A DNA stretch of 40,808 nt, taken from positions 1-40,808 of the IMG/VR virus record IMGVR_UViG_3300032322_001668. One strand, 5' to 3'. Made by a program: the position numbers and the translations under genes. Origin of the DNA: a virus (Duplodnaviria > Caudoviricetes). Below the pieces are notes generated by a model, which saw only the letters and a list, made by a program, of their open reading frames with translations, was not told the DNA's origin and made no database searches. Below are positions 26,594 to 35,402 of the stretch, piece by piece; positions within the stretch are counted from its first letter, which is position 1; each line of letters opens with the position of its first letter.

Positions 26594-26621
26594 TTGACAA
26601 GACCTTAAGAAACCCTATATA
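26594..26621 (+). promoter_or_regulatory. putative sigma70 promoter
   Basis: CTTGACA-16 bp-TATATA; lies very close to ATG 26623, so its target is uncertain. Confidence 0.45.
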
Positions 26622-26622
26622 A

Positions 26623-26907
26623 ATGACACCAGAAGGACGTATCAAGCAGCGCGTCAGCGCGCTACTTAAAAGTTACAACGGTATGTATTATTACATGCCG
26701 GTGCCATCTGGTTATGGCGAGAGCACTCTCGACTATATCGGTTGCTTCAAAGGTAAGTTCTTCTCCGTGGAGACGAAAGCACCGGGGAAGAAACCTACCA
26801 GCCGTCAGATGCAGACCAAAGCCGCCATGGAGCGCGCGGGCGGTGTGGTCTTCATCATCGACAGTGAGGACGTCAGCGCGCTCAAGAACTGGCTGGACAG
26901 CATATGA
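26623..26907 (+). CDS. VRR-NUC domain nuclease (Holliday-junction resolvase-like)
   Basis: MTPEG.IK, G.STLD, VETKAPGKKPT.RQ and AGG.VF motifs. Confidence 0.88.
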   Translation: MTPEGRIKQRVSALLKSYNGMYYYMPVPSGYGESTLDYIGCFKGKFFSVETKAPGKKPTSRQMQTKAAMERAGGVVFIIDSEDVSALKNWLDSI

Positions 26908-28439
26908 TCCACGTCTCAGGAACCCACCGCGTCGTCGGCGTGCCGCTTCGCTCCGATCTCAGAAACCTCTTCCCCGACGCGCCCGTCGTGCCGCTGGCGG
27001 GAACACGCCTGCTGATCGTCAATCACGGTGCGGAAGAAACACGCCTGCTGCGAAATATGGGGATCGATGTCCCCGCTCCTATACTTTCGCAGTACGGCTG
27101 GCCGGGTGGCACGCCGTTCGAGATCCAGAAGAAGACGGCGGCTCTGCTCACCACCAACTCACGCGCCTTCGTCCTCAACGGCATGGGGACGGGCAAGACC
27201 AAAGCGGCGCTGTGGAGCTGGCATTACCTCTACGGTAGAGGCGACGCGCGCAAAGCGCTGGTCGTCGCCCCGCTGTCGACGCTGAACTTCACATGGGCGC
27301 GCGAAGCCTTCACCACGCTGCCCGACGTGAAGGTCGCCGTCCTGCACGGCACCAAGGCCAAGCGGCTCGAACGCCTACGTTCAGACGCGGATCTGTTCGT
27401 CATCAACCATGACGGGCTGTCGGTGATCGCCGACGAGCTGGTCAAGCTCGGCATCGTCGACACGCTGATCCTCGACGAGCTGGCGGCTTACCGCAATGGT
27501 ACGGCGCTGCGCACGAAGATCGCGCGCAAGGTCGCGAACTCGATGCGGTGGGTCTGGGGCATGACGGGCTCGCCGACGCCCAACGCTCCGACCGACGCAT
27601 GGGGCCAGTGCTCGGTCGTCAACCCCGGCCGCGTGCCGAAGTACTTCGCGCGCTTCCGCGATGAAGTGATGACCAAGGTCACGCAGTTCAAATACGTGCC
27701 CAAGCCCGACGCGCTCGACAAGGTCTACGAGGTCATGCAGCCCGCCGTGCGCTTCACCATCGACGATGTGGTGGAGCTGCCGGACGTGGTCGAGCGGGTC
27801 GTGGAAGTCGAACTCGGCGAGAAGCAGGGCAAGGTCTACAAACAGATGGAGACGCAAGCCTACGCCGCCATCGAGGCGCGCGAGATCACGGCGATGAACG
27901 CCGGGGTCGTGCTGTCCAAACTTCTCCAGATCTCTTGCGGCTACGTCTACACCCGCGACGGTGAGACCGTGCCGCTCGACAACGACACGCGCATCAGCGC
28001 CCTCCTCGACGTGGTGAACGCCACCGACAGGAAAGTGCTGGTGTTCGTGCCGTTCAAGCACGCGCTCGCCGGGATCTCGGCGGCGCTCACGGCCGACGGC
28101 ATCGAACATGCCGTCGTGTCCGGCGACGTCTCGTCCACGGAGCGCGGGGCCATCTTCTCCGCGTTTCAGCAGACGTCGAAGTACAAAGTGATCGCGGCTC
28201 ATCCCGCCACGATGAGCCACGGTCTCACGCTGACGGCGGCGGACACCATCGTGTGGTTCGCCCCCGTCACGAGCTTGGAAACTTTCGAGCAGGCCAACGC
28301 GCGTATTCGCCGCTATGGGCAGAAGCACAAGCAGCAGATCCTCATGCTGCAGGGCACTCCCGTAGAAAAGCGGATCTATGCGCGCCTTCGTGCCAAGCAG
28401 CGCGTGCAGGACAAGCTGCTCGAAATGTTCAAGGACTGA
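26904..28439 (+). CDS. SNF2-family helicase
   Basis: GMGTGKT, LVVAPLS, ILDE, MTGSP.PN, HGLTLTAA and QANARI.R.GQ motifs. Confidence 0.92.
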   Translation: MIHVSGTHRVVGVPLRSDLRNLFPDAPVVPLAGTRLLIVNHGAEETRLLRNMGIDVPAPILSQYGWPGGTPFEIQKKTAALLTTNSRAFVLNGMGTGKTKAALWSWHYLYGRGDARKALVVAPLSTLNFTWAREAFTTLPDVKVAVLHGTKAKRLERLRSDADLFVINHDGLSVIADELVKLGIVDTLILDELAAYRNGTALRTKIARKVANSMRWVWGMTGSPTPNAPTDAWGQCSVVNPGRVPKYFARFRDEVMTKVTQFKYVPKPDALDKVYEVMQPAVRFTIDDVVELPDVVERVVEVELGEKQGKVYKQMETQAYAAIEAREITAMNAGVVLSKLLQISCGYVYTRDGETVPLDNDTRISALLDVVNATDRKVLVFVPFKHALAGISAALTADGIEHAVVSGDVSSTERGAIFSAFQQTSKYKVIAAHPATMSHGLTLTAADTIVWFAPVTSLETFEQANARIRRYGQKHKQQILMLQGTPVEKRIYARLRAKQRVQDKLLEMFKD

Positions 28440-28466
28440 TCCTTCCCTACCACGGAGGTAACAATC

Positions 28467-28865
28467 ATGAAGGATACAATGCCGGAAGACTTCGATACCA
28501 TCGTCGCGCAGTTCATAAAGCTGCGTGACGCCATGAAGGCGAAGGAGGAGAAGTTCAAGGAGGAGATCGCTCCCGCCAAGGCTTACAAGGAAGCCTTGGA
28601 GAACAAGCTCCTCGAAAAACTCAACGAGATCGGTGGAGACAGCGTCAAGACCGGGCACGGCACGGTCTATCGCACCTCCCGCAAGTCGGCGTCCATCAGC
28701 GACGCCGGCGTGTTCCGCTCCTTCGTTATTGGAGAGGGGAACTACGATCTCGTCGATTGGCGGGCAAACGCAGCCGCTATTGCTGACTTCATCGCCAACA
28801 ACGACACGCCGCCGCCCGGCGTGAACTACTCCGTCAACTACACCGTCGGCGTTCGCCGCGCCTAA
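28467..28865 (+). CDS. hypothetical replication-module protein (coiled coil)
   Basis: IKLRD, SVKT..GTVYR and PPPGVN motifs; motif/SD upstream. Confidence 0.75.
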   Translation: MKDTMPEDFDTIVAQFIKLRDAMKAKEEKFKEEIAPAKAYKEALENKLLEKLNEIGGDSVKTGHGTVYRTSRKSASISDAGVFRSFVIGEGNYDLVDWRANAAAIADFIANNDTPPPGVNYSVNYTVGVRRA

Positions 28866-28882
28866 CCTTCGAGGTAATCCCC

Positions 28883-29902
28883 ATGAGCAATATCGTGATC
28901 CCGAAAAACTTCGGGCAACTCGCCACCGCCTTCTCCGGCGTGCGCGTCGAGGACGACCTGTCGTCCGGCGTCGGCCAGTCGTTCGGCGTCATCAGCTACC
29001 GCGGCAAGGTCTGGGCCGTGAAGTATCAGGGCCAAGAAAGCAAGCTGATGCGCCCCGACGGTGACGGTCCGCGCAACTCCATCGAGGTCGTCATCGTGCG
29101 CAGCGCGAACGTGATCTCGAAGATCTTCTACAACGACGGCTACGTCGAAGGCTCGTCGGCTCCGCCCGACTGCTGGTCCACCAACGGGCAGACGCCCGAC
29201 CCGGCCTCGCCCAAGAAGCAGTCGGCGACCTGCGCGGGGTGCCCGCAGAACGCGTGGGGGTCGAAGATCACCGACGCCGGCAAGCAGGGCAAGGCGTGCG
29301 CCGACAGCAAGCGGCTCGCCGTGGTCCCCGTGGAGGACATCGACAACGAAATGTTCGGCGGCCCCATGCTGCTTCGCGTCCCCGCCGCCTCTCTGAAGGA
29401 TCTGGCGTCGTTCGGTCAGAAGCTGAAGGCCATCGGCTACCCCTACTACGCCGTGGCGACGAGGATCAGCTTCGACCCCGATCAGGCGTACCCGCGCTTC
29501 CAGTTCGGCGCGATTCGCGCGCTCGACGAGGAAGAAGCCGCCAAGATCATGGAGCTGCGCGACGACGAGCGCGTGGCGCGCATCCTCAACGCGGCGGTCG
29601 AGAACGTCACCCACGAGCCGGAGGCGTCGCTGCCGAAGCCCGAGGACGTGTTCGAGCAGCCCCCGCGCAAGACCGCTCCCACCGCTCCCGCCGCTCCTAA
29701 GCCCGCTCCCAAGCCGGCTCCGAAAGCGGTTACCGCAGAGGTAGTGGATGAAGAGACCGGCGAGGTCATGCAGACCCCCATGCCGAAGCCGGCTCCCAAG
29801 AAGGCGGCTCCCCCGCCGCCCGTCGATGACGAGGATGAGGATCAGGCCGCTTCGACCTCCGCTCCGTCCTTCGACGCCATGCTCGATAACCTCCTGAAGT
29901 AA
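28883..29902 (+). CDS. probable ssDNA-binding/annealing protein
   Basis: PDCWS.NG, CAGCPQN.WGS, GKAC...RLAV and LRVPAASL motifs; Pro/Ala/Lys linker and acidic tail; sits between helicase and primase. Confidence 0.7.
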   Translation: MSNIVIPKNFGQLATAFSGVRVEDDLSSGVGQSFGVISYRGKVWAVKYQGQESKLMRPDGDGPRNSIEVVIVRSANVISKIFYNDGYVEGSSAPPDCWSTNGQTPDPASPKKQSATCAGCPQNAWGSKITDAGKQGKACADSKRLAVVPVEDIDNEMFGGPMLLRVPAASLKDLASFGQKLKAIGYPYYAVATRISFDPDQAYPRFQFGAIRALDEEEAAKIMELRDDERVARILNAAVENVTHEPEASLPKPEDVFEQPPRKTAPTAPAAPKPAPKPAPKAVTAEVVDEETGEVMQTPMPKPAPKKAAPPPPVDDEDEDQAASTSAPSFDAMLDNLLK

Positions 29903-29960
29903 AACGCTCGCGCGCCGGGGTTTTCTCCGGCGCGCTCAACCCCCTACCAGAGGTATTGAA

Positions 29961-32918
29961 ATGCGGCACACGCGGGAGTTTCTCGCTCGCGTTCTTCCTT
30001 GGCCCGGTGAGGACGACGGTTACGTCAACATCCACTGGCGCAGCTATGGTCAGAACGGAAAACAATACTGGGGCGGACGCGCAGCGAAGACGGTGGACGA
30101 GGCGGTCCGTCTGCTGAATTGGGCGCAGCGGCAGGAGGGCATCCTCGATCTCTACTGCTGCATGTCCATGCAGTCGAAGGCCGAGCCGAAAGTCTCAAAG
30201 CTCGGCAACAAGTATCTCAACGCCATCCGCTCGCAGCAGAACGCGGTGGCGCTGCGCTCGCTCTATCTCGACATCGACGTCAAGGAGGGTGCCTACACCA
30301 CAACGCAGGACGCCGTTGTCGCGCTCAAGGAGCTGATCGCCGCCCTGTCCCTGCCCATGCCGACCGCCGTGGTGTCCTCCGGCTCCGGCGGGGTGCATGT
30401 GCACTGGGCGCTGGCGGAGCCGATCTTACGCGCCGACTGGCAGCCGCTGGCCGACGCGCTGGCGCGCGCAGCGTCACAACATGGTCTGCACTTCGATCAA
30501 CAGTGCACCATCGACAGCGCGCGCATCCTGCGCATCCCCGGCACGCACAACTATAAGCTCGACCCGCCGGCGGACGTCGCTCTAATGGCGCTGGGCGAGT
30601 ACGTCGAGCTGGACGAGCTGCGGTCTTCTCTTGGTCCTTACATGGTCGCCAAGAGCGAGATCCTCCTGCCGGCGCGCGTCAGCTCCCCCGTTACGGTGAA
30701 CGACGACCTCGCCGCCGGGGTGACGGGCAGCGCTCCGGTGCCGTCCATCGACACGGTGGCGCTCACCTGCGGCTTCGTCCGCACGGCGCTCGACACGGGC
30801 GGCGCGAGCTACTCCAACCCGTTGTGGATGCTCACGACCTATCTCGCAGCCTTCACGGTGGAAGGGCGGGAGGCGGCGCACCGGATGGCGCAAGGACATC
30901 CTACCTACGAGGTAAGCGCCACCGACGCACTCTATGATCGGATGCTCTCCTACAAGGAGCAGTCCGACAGCGGCTGGCCGCGCTGCGAGAAGATCGAGTT
31001 GTCGGGCTGCAGGGACTGCGCGTCCTGCCCGCTGCGGAGCCAGAACAAGTCCCCTTTTCATTTCGCCCTGCCGAAGGCGGCCAATGACGCTCCGGTCGAC
31101 CTTATGCCTTCGGGGTATCACAGGGCGCAAGACGGGCGCGTCTTTCGGATGGTCCCCGACGAGACCGGCGGGGTGACGGCGCGGGAAGTTATGCCCTACC
31201 CCGTCATGGACGGGTGGCTGCAGGAAGACCCGTGGGTTCTTCACTTCACATCCGTCGTGGCGTCGGGGCGGCGCAAAAAGATCGAAGTCCCGCTTGAAGC
31301 CGTCGCCACCAAGGACTCCGTCCTTAAAGCACTCGCACGGCACGGCTTCACGCTTTCGGAAAACGCGGGCAAGGCCGTCAGGGAGTTCATCGTGGCTTGG
31401 GTTCAAAAACTGCAGTCCATCAAGGAAGCGGTCGTTTCCTCCACGCCGTTCGGTTGGACGAGCGCGGCCAACGGTAAGATCGAGGGGTTCACTTACGCCG
31501 GGAAAGTCTACGGCAATGGTTTCGAGCGCCCGGCGGCGCTGCCCGACCCATCACTGGCGATGCTCTACTCCCCCAAGGGCGAGCCGGGGCCGTGGATCGC
31601 GGCGAGCCGCATCATCACCGACCAGAGACGGCCGGGCCTCGACGCCATCCTCGCTGCCTCGTTCGGTGCGCCGCTGGTGCGCTTCACCGGCCAGACCGGC
31701 GTGATGATGAACACCTACAGCCCCGAGAGCGGCATCGGCAAGACGACCACGATGCGCGTCGCTCAGGCGGTGTGGGGCGACCCGGTGCGCTCGATGCAGA
31801 GCCTCAACGACACGCCCAACTCGGTGATCAACAAGATCGGCGAACTTAGGGCGCTGCCGCTGTTCTGGGACGAGCTGAAGACCGAGGCCGATACCAACCG
31901 CTTCGTCGTCATGGCGTTTCAGATCACGCAGGGCAAGGAGCGCTCCCGCCTCAAGCACGACATAACTCAGCGTATGCCGGGGACGTGGCAGACGATGCTG
32001 GTCAGCGCATCCAACGACAGCATCATCGACCCCATCGTGCGGGCGACGCGCTCGACCACGGCGGGCATGTATCGCTGCTTCGAGTACGCCGTCACCAAGG
32101 GCATCGACGGGCAGATCGAGACGGGCGTCGTCAGCCGCGCCGTGGGCTTGCTCAACGACAACTTCGGGCACGCCGGCGTCGAGTACTCGAAGTTTCTCGG
32201 CGAGCAGCACGAGCGCATCGCTCGCGAGGTGGCGCAGATCCAAGACGACATTACCCGCGAGGTAAATGCAGGCAACGACGAGCGCTTCTGGATCGCCGTG
32301 GTTGCGGTGGTCATGGCCGGAGCGCGATACGCCAACGAGCTGGGGCTCACCGAGATCGACGAGGCGGCGCTGCGTGTGCACATGCTCGAAGTCCTCACGA
32401 AGATGCGGGACGAGGTGCGCTCCACGCCGACCGATATGTCCAACACGATCAGCGTGTCGAACGTACTGGCTCAGTTTCTCAAGACGATGCGCGCCCGCCA
32501 CACGCTGGTGACGGACCGTGTCCATGTCGGTCGCGGTAAGCCGTCGACCAAGAACCCGATCAAGGTTCTTAACGACGTGTCGAAGCTCGACACGATCCAC
32601 GTCCATGTCGGCCGCGACAGCGGACTGATGCGAATCAGCTCCACGTATTTCTCCGACTGGATGGCGGAGCACGGCTATTCCCGCCACGCGTTTACGCGGG
32701 CGCTCAAGGAAGAGTTCGGGGTTCACGAGACCTACGGGCGCATCGGGTCGGGGACCGACTTCTCCTCGCCTACCGAATACATTCTCGAAATCAATCTGTT
32801 CGAGCCCAAACTCAAACAGCTTCTCGGAGACTTTGAAGATGAGCGCGACGCTCAGACCCTCGAAAGCGGTGAAGGAGTGCCTGTCGATGGCCCGGCTGGA
32901 GGGACTGACGTTTCTTAA
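29961..32918 (+). CDS. primase-helicase (AEP/RepB-like primase plus DUF927-type helicase)
   Basis: LYLDID, SGSGGVHVHW and RILRIPGT.N primase motifs; C..C..CP cluster; Walker A SGIGKTT and WDE. Confidence 0.88.
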   Translation: MRHTREFLARVLPWPGEDDGYVNIHWRSYGQNGKQYWGGRAAKTVDEAVRLLNWAQRQEGILDLYCCMSMQSKAEPKVSKLGNKYLNAIRSQQNAVALRSLYLDIDVKEGAYTTTQDAVVALKELIAALSLPMPTAVVSSGSGGVHVHWALAEPILRADWQPLADALARAASQHGLHFDQQCTIDSARILRIPGTHNYKLDPPADVALMALGEYVELDELRSSLGPYMVAKSEILLPARVSSPVTVNDDLAAGVTGSAPVPSIDTVALTCGFVRTALDTGGASYSNPLWMLTTYLAAFTVEGREAAHRMAQGHPTYEVSATDALYDRMLSYKEQSDSGWPRCEKIELSGCRDCASCPLRSQNKSPFHFALPKAANDAPVDLMPSGYHRAQDGRVFRMVPDETGGVTAREVMPYPVMDGWLQEDPWVLHFTSVVASGRRKKIEVPLEAVATKDSVLKALARHGFTLSENAGKAVREFIVAWVQKLQSIKEAVVSSTPFGWTSAANGKIEGFTYAGKVYGNGFERPAALPDPSLAMLYSPKGEPGPWIAASRIITDQRRPGLDAILAASFGAPLVRFTGQTGVMMNTYSPESGIGKTTTMRVAQAVWGDPVRSMQSLNDTPNSVINKIGELRALPLFWDELKTEADTNRFVVMAFQITQGKERSRLKHDITQRMPGTWQTMLVSASNDSIIDPIVRATRSTTAGMYRCFEYAVTKGIDGQIETGVVSRAVGLLNDNFGHAGVEYSKFLGEQHERIAREVAQIQDDITREVNAGNDERFWIAVVAVVMAGARYANELGLTEIDEAALRVHMLEVLTKMRDEVRSTPTDMSNTISVSNVLAQFLKTMRARHTLVTDRVHVGRGKPSTKNPIKVLNDVSKLDTIHVHVGRDSGLMRISSTYFSDWMAEHGYSRHAFTRALKEEFGVHETYGRIGSGTDFSSPTEYILEINLFEPKLKQLLGDFEDERDAQTLESGEGVPVDGPAGGTDVS

Positions 32919-33099
32919 TCTTCACGACGGGGGCAAGCACTTTCGACTGGAGTTCGCGGACGAGCGCGGACGTGTCCTCCAGATGATCGCCACCAAGTCG
33001 TCGGACATGAACCGGCGACACATGAATAACGCCCGAGCGCAGATCCGACGCTTCGCTCGTGGTTATGACCACGGACTTATCGTTACCAAGAAGGTATGA
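32839..33099 (+). CDS. hypothetical protein overlapping the primase C-terminus
   Basis: GGAG SD before ATG 32839; GGKHFRL...SSD....NNAR..IRR motif; 80-nt overlap with the primase gene. Confidence 0.55.
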   Translation: MSATLRPSKAVKECLSMARLEGLTFLNLHDGGKHFRLEFADERGRVLQMIATKSSDMNRRHMNNARAQIRRFARGYDHGLIVTKKV

Positions 33100-33103
33100 G
33101 GCC

Positions 33104-33475
33104 ATGCACCATCAAGACGTTCTGTCGACCGCCAAGTCGATCATCACCCAGCGCGGCAAGGAATACGGCGACGTCATGCCGAGCTTCGTTCGTGCCGCCA
33201 ACATCGCGGGCAATATCTTGGACCGCAAGGTCACGGCGTTCGACGTCGCCGTCATCATGATGGCGGTGAAGATGTCGCGGCTCGCCAACCAGCGCGAACA
33301 CGAAGATAGCTGGATCGACCTGTGCGCTTACGTCGCCTTCGCCGCTCAGTTCGCTTCGCCGCACACGTCCGATTTCCAAGAGGTCGCCAACGCCACCATC
33401 GAAGCCGACATCACCGAGATCGCCCGAAAGTTCAGCGCGCAGGCGCGCGAGCAGGCTGGAGAAGGAACGCGCTGA
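33104..33475 (+). CDS. DUF6378-like (nucleotide pyrophosphohydrolase-like) protein
   Basis: QRGKEYG...F, DVA..M..VK.SR and H.DSW.D...Y motifs. Confidence 0.75.
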   Translation: MHHQDVLSTAKSIITQRGKEYGDVMPSFVRAANIAGNILDRKVTAFDVAVIMMAVKMSRLANQREHEDSWIDLCAYVAFAAQFASPHTSDFQEVANATIEADITEIARKFSAQAREQAGEGTR

Positions 33476-33705
33476 TGCCCTACACGATGAACATCTGGCG
33501 TGAGTTGAAACGCCGTCGAGCCGCCAAGCGGGCTGAGCGCGAGCGCATCGCGCTCTTCACCGCAGGCGAGAACCTCTGGCGGTCTGAGATCGAGCGGCTG
33601 CGTGCTGCGCTGCTGGAGATCGCAAATTACGCGCCGCGCGTCAGTCAGCGAGAACTCGACCATGTGCGCGGCGTGGCGCGTGCTGCGATCAAGGAGGAGA
33701 AGTGA
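33475..33705 (+). CDS. hypothetical protein
   Basis: TGATG coupling; EIERLRAAL motif. Confidence 0.6.
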   Translation: MPYTMNIWRELKRRRAAKRAERERIALFTAGENLWRSEIERLRAALLEIANYAPRVSQRELDHVRGVARAAIKEEK

Positions 33706-33923
33706 TGAGCGGTCGCTGCGATGAGCAAGACGATCTGGCCCTCGTCTACATGTGGGCGCGGAAAGACCTGCTCGACGAAATCGAACGGCTGCGCGAGGCT
33801 CTGAAATACCTTTTGTCCGAGGTCGAGAGGTCGTCGGCCGATGTCGACCCGTGTGCAGTACGCGATTCGCGTACTGCCCTGCGTCAGGCGGTGGACTTCG
33901 AAGACAGGTGGGATAATGCGTGA
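33705..33923 (+). CDS. hypothetical protein
   Basis: GGAGG SD; EIERLREAL motif. Confidence 0.6.
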   Translation: MSGRCDEQDDLALVYMWARKDLLDEIERLREALKYLLSEVERSSADVDPCAVRDSRTALRQAVDFEDRWDNA

Positions 33924-34140
33924 TCTGGAGATCGTCATGGTGGAGGACGGTGGAACGGAGCGCGTACTGACGCGCACGGTTCCCAACAAATACAGTAAAC
34001 GCTGGAAGCACGTTCGCACTGTCGCTGCAGCGGCTATCGGAACTCCGCTGGAAGAGGCTATCGACAACCCCCACGGACTTACCTTCGCGGTACGTAGTCC
34101 ACGCAGCGGTGACGTAGTCGGCGTGCGGGAGAGAGCGTGA
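33916..34140 (+). CDS. hypothetical protein
   Basis: 74 aa from ATG 33916; last gene of the rightward arm. Confidence 0.55.
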   Translation: MRDLEIVMVEDGGTERVLTRTVPNKYSKRWKHVRTVAAAAIGTPLEEAIDNPHGLTFAVRSPRSGDVVGVRERA

Positions 34141-34152
34141 CGAGGCACGCTC

Positions 34153-35097
34153 TCAGTAAACGGGCTTGCCTCTGAATATCGGACGGCCTCTCACCATTTC
34201 GCAGAACTCGGGCGGAAGCATTTTGCCGTCCTCGTCGAAGGTCAGCACGACAAAACCTTCATGCGCGCGACTCGGAGCGCCTTCGTGGTACTCGAAGGCT
34301 TGAGAGCGGGGGTCGCCGAGCATCCCCGCCTCCACGCCCCAGTGCGTGCCGTTGCGATTGCGAACCGCCGTCATCTGGAGTTGGTGGGTGTGCCCCGTGA
34401 TGAGGGAGATGCCGGCGTGCAGAGCGTTGTTCCAGCCGGCGTGAATACCGCCCCTGAACCTATGACGCACTTCGACATCGCCGAACGTGGCGGCGTAGCA
34501 GTAGTCCCACTGCGGGAAACGTGCTTCGAGGCGTCCGGCGTATGTATCCATCTCCGGCGCGTTCGCGGAGAGATAGTTGTTGACCCGCATGTCGTGGTTG
34601 CCGACGGGCCATACCTGTTTTTTGGTGCGGGGCAACATCCGCAGCGCGTCATGTAAGGCGTCGATTTCTTCATCGATCTTGGGGGCCTTGGCCCCAAGCA
34701 GCGCACCGTGCCGGGATACGCGCGCTCCGTCGAGCATGTCGCCGTTCAGCACGATGGCGTAGGGGCGTATTTTGTGCGCCACCGCGCAGAACGCTTTCCA
34801 CATCAGCGGCACCTCGCCGGGCCAGATATGGAGATCGCCGCCCACCATCACGCAGGCGTCAGCGATGTCGTACCCTATCATCTGTGGCAGGGTCCAACCC
34901 GGCGTCACTTTCTGGGGGTGTTGCAAGTCGTTGTCGAACAGCTCAGGGAACTTCTTGCGAGCCGTTGCTATCTGGTCTTTGACGGTGGAAGCGCTTAACC
35001 CCAAGGACCGGGCCAACGCCGCGGCGCTGCTGCCTACCTGATTGTATTGGCGTATGCGCTCGCGAAGTAGTTCGTCAGACAGAGGGGGAAGTGGCAT
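34153..35097 (-). CDS. HTH-fused calcineurin-like metallophosphoesterase
   Basis: GDLH, LNGD, GNHD, RH and GHTH metal-binding motifs; N-terminal AALARSLGLSASTVK helix-turn-helix. Confidence 0.88.
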   Translation of the reverse strand: MPLPPLSDELLRERIRQYNQVGSSAAALARSLGLSASTVKDQIATARKKFPELFDNDLQHPQKVTPGWTLPQMIGYDIADACVMVGGDLHIWPGEVPLMWKAFCAVAHKIRPYAIVLNGDMLDGARVSRHGALLGAKAPKIDEEIDALHDALRMLPRTKKQVWPVGNHDMRVNNYLSANAPEMDTYAGRLEARFPQWDYCYAATFGDVEVRHRFRGGIHAGWNNALHAGISLITGHTHQLQMTAVRNRNGTHWGVEAGMLGDPRSQAFEYHEGAPSRAHEGFVVLTFDEDGKMLPPEFCEMVRGRPIFRGKPVY

Positions 35098-35143
35098 TGT
35101 ACACCTTGATACGCACCCATGCTTGATCTACCTCAGAAGTAAG

Positions 35144-35401
35144 TCAGTACCCTGACTTACCTTTACGCCAGCCCCTATTCGCCTCTGGACTGGCGGCTTT
35201 GATGTTGGATCGGGTCGTCGTGCCGCCATTGCGCAGCGGCTTCTTGTGGTCGACGTCCTTGCCCTTGAGCGCCATCTTGCCGACCTCACGCTCCATCATC
35301 CGCCGCGCCTTGTTGCGCTGCGCGCGGTCCTTCTTGCGCTCGTCGCTCTCCTGCGCGTATTCGCGCTTGTAGTCGCGCGGCTCGCCGGGACGGCCCATCA
35401 C
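35144..35401 (-). CDS. HNH endonuclease-like protein
   Basis: RDYKREY, RNKARR and DVDHKKPL.NGG...SN......NR motifs. Confidence 0.8.
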   Translation of the reverse strand: MMGRPGEPRDYKREYAQESDERKKDRAQRNKARRMMEREVGKMALKGKDVDHKKPLRNGGTTTRSNIKAASPEANRGWRKGKSGY

Positions 35402-35402
35402 A

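Noticed and set aside
29640-29830. CCGGCTCCCAAG-like DNA repeats
   Set aside because: They are explained by the low-complexity PAPK linker of the SSB-like protein.
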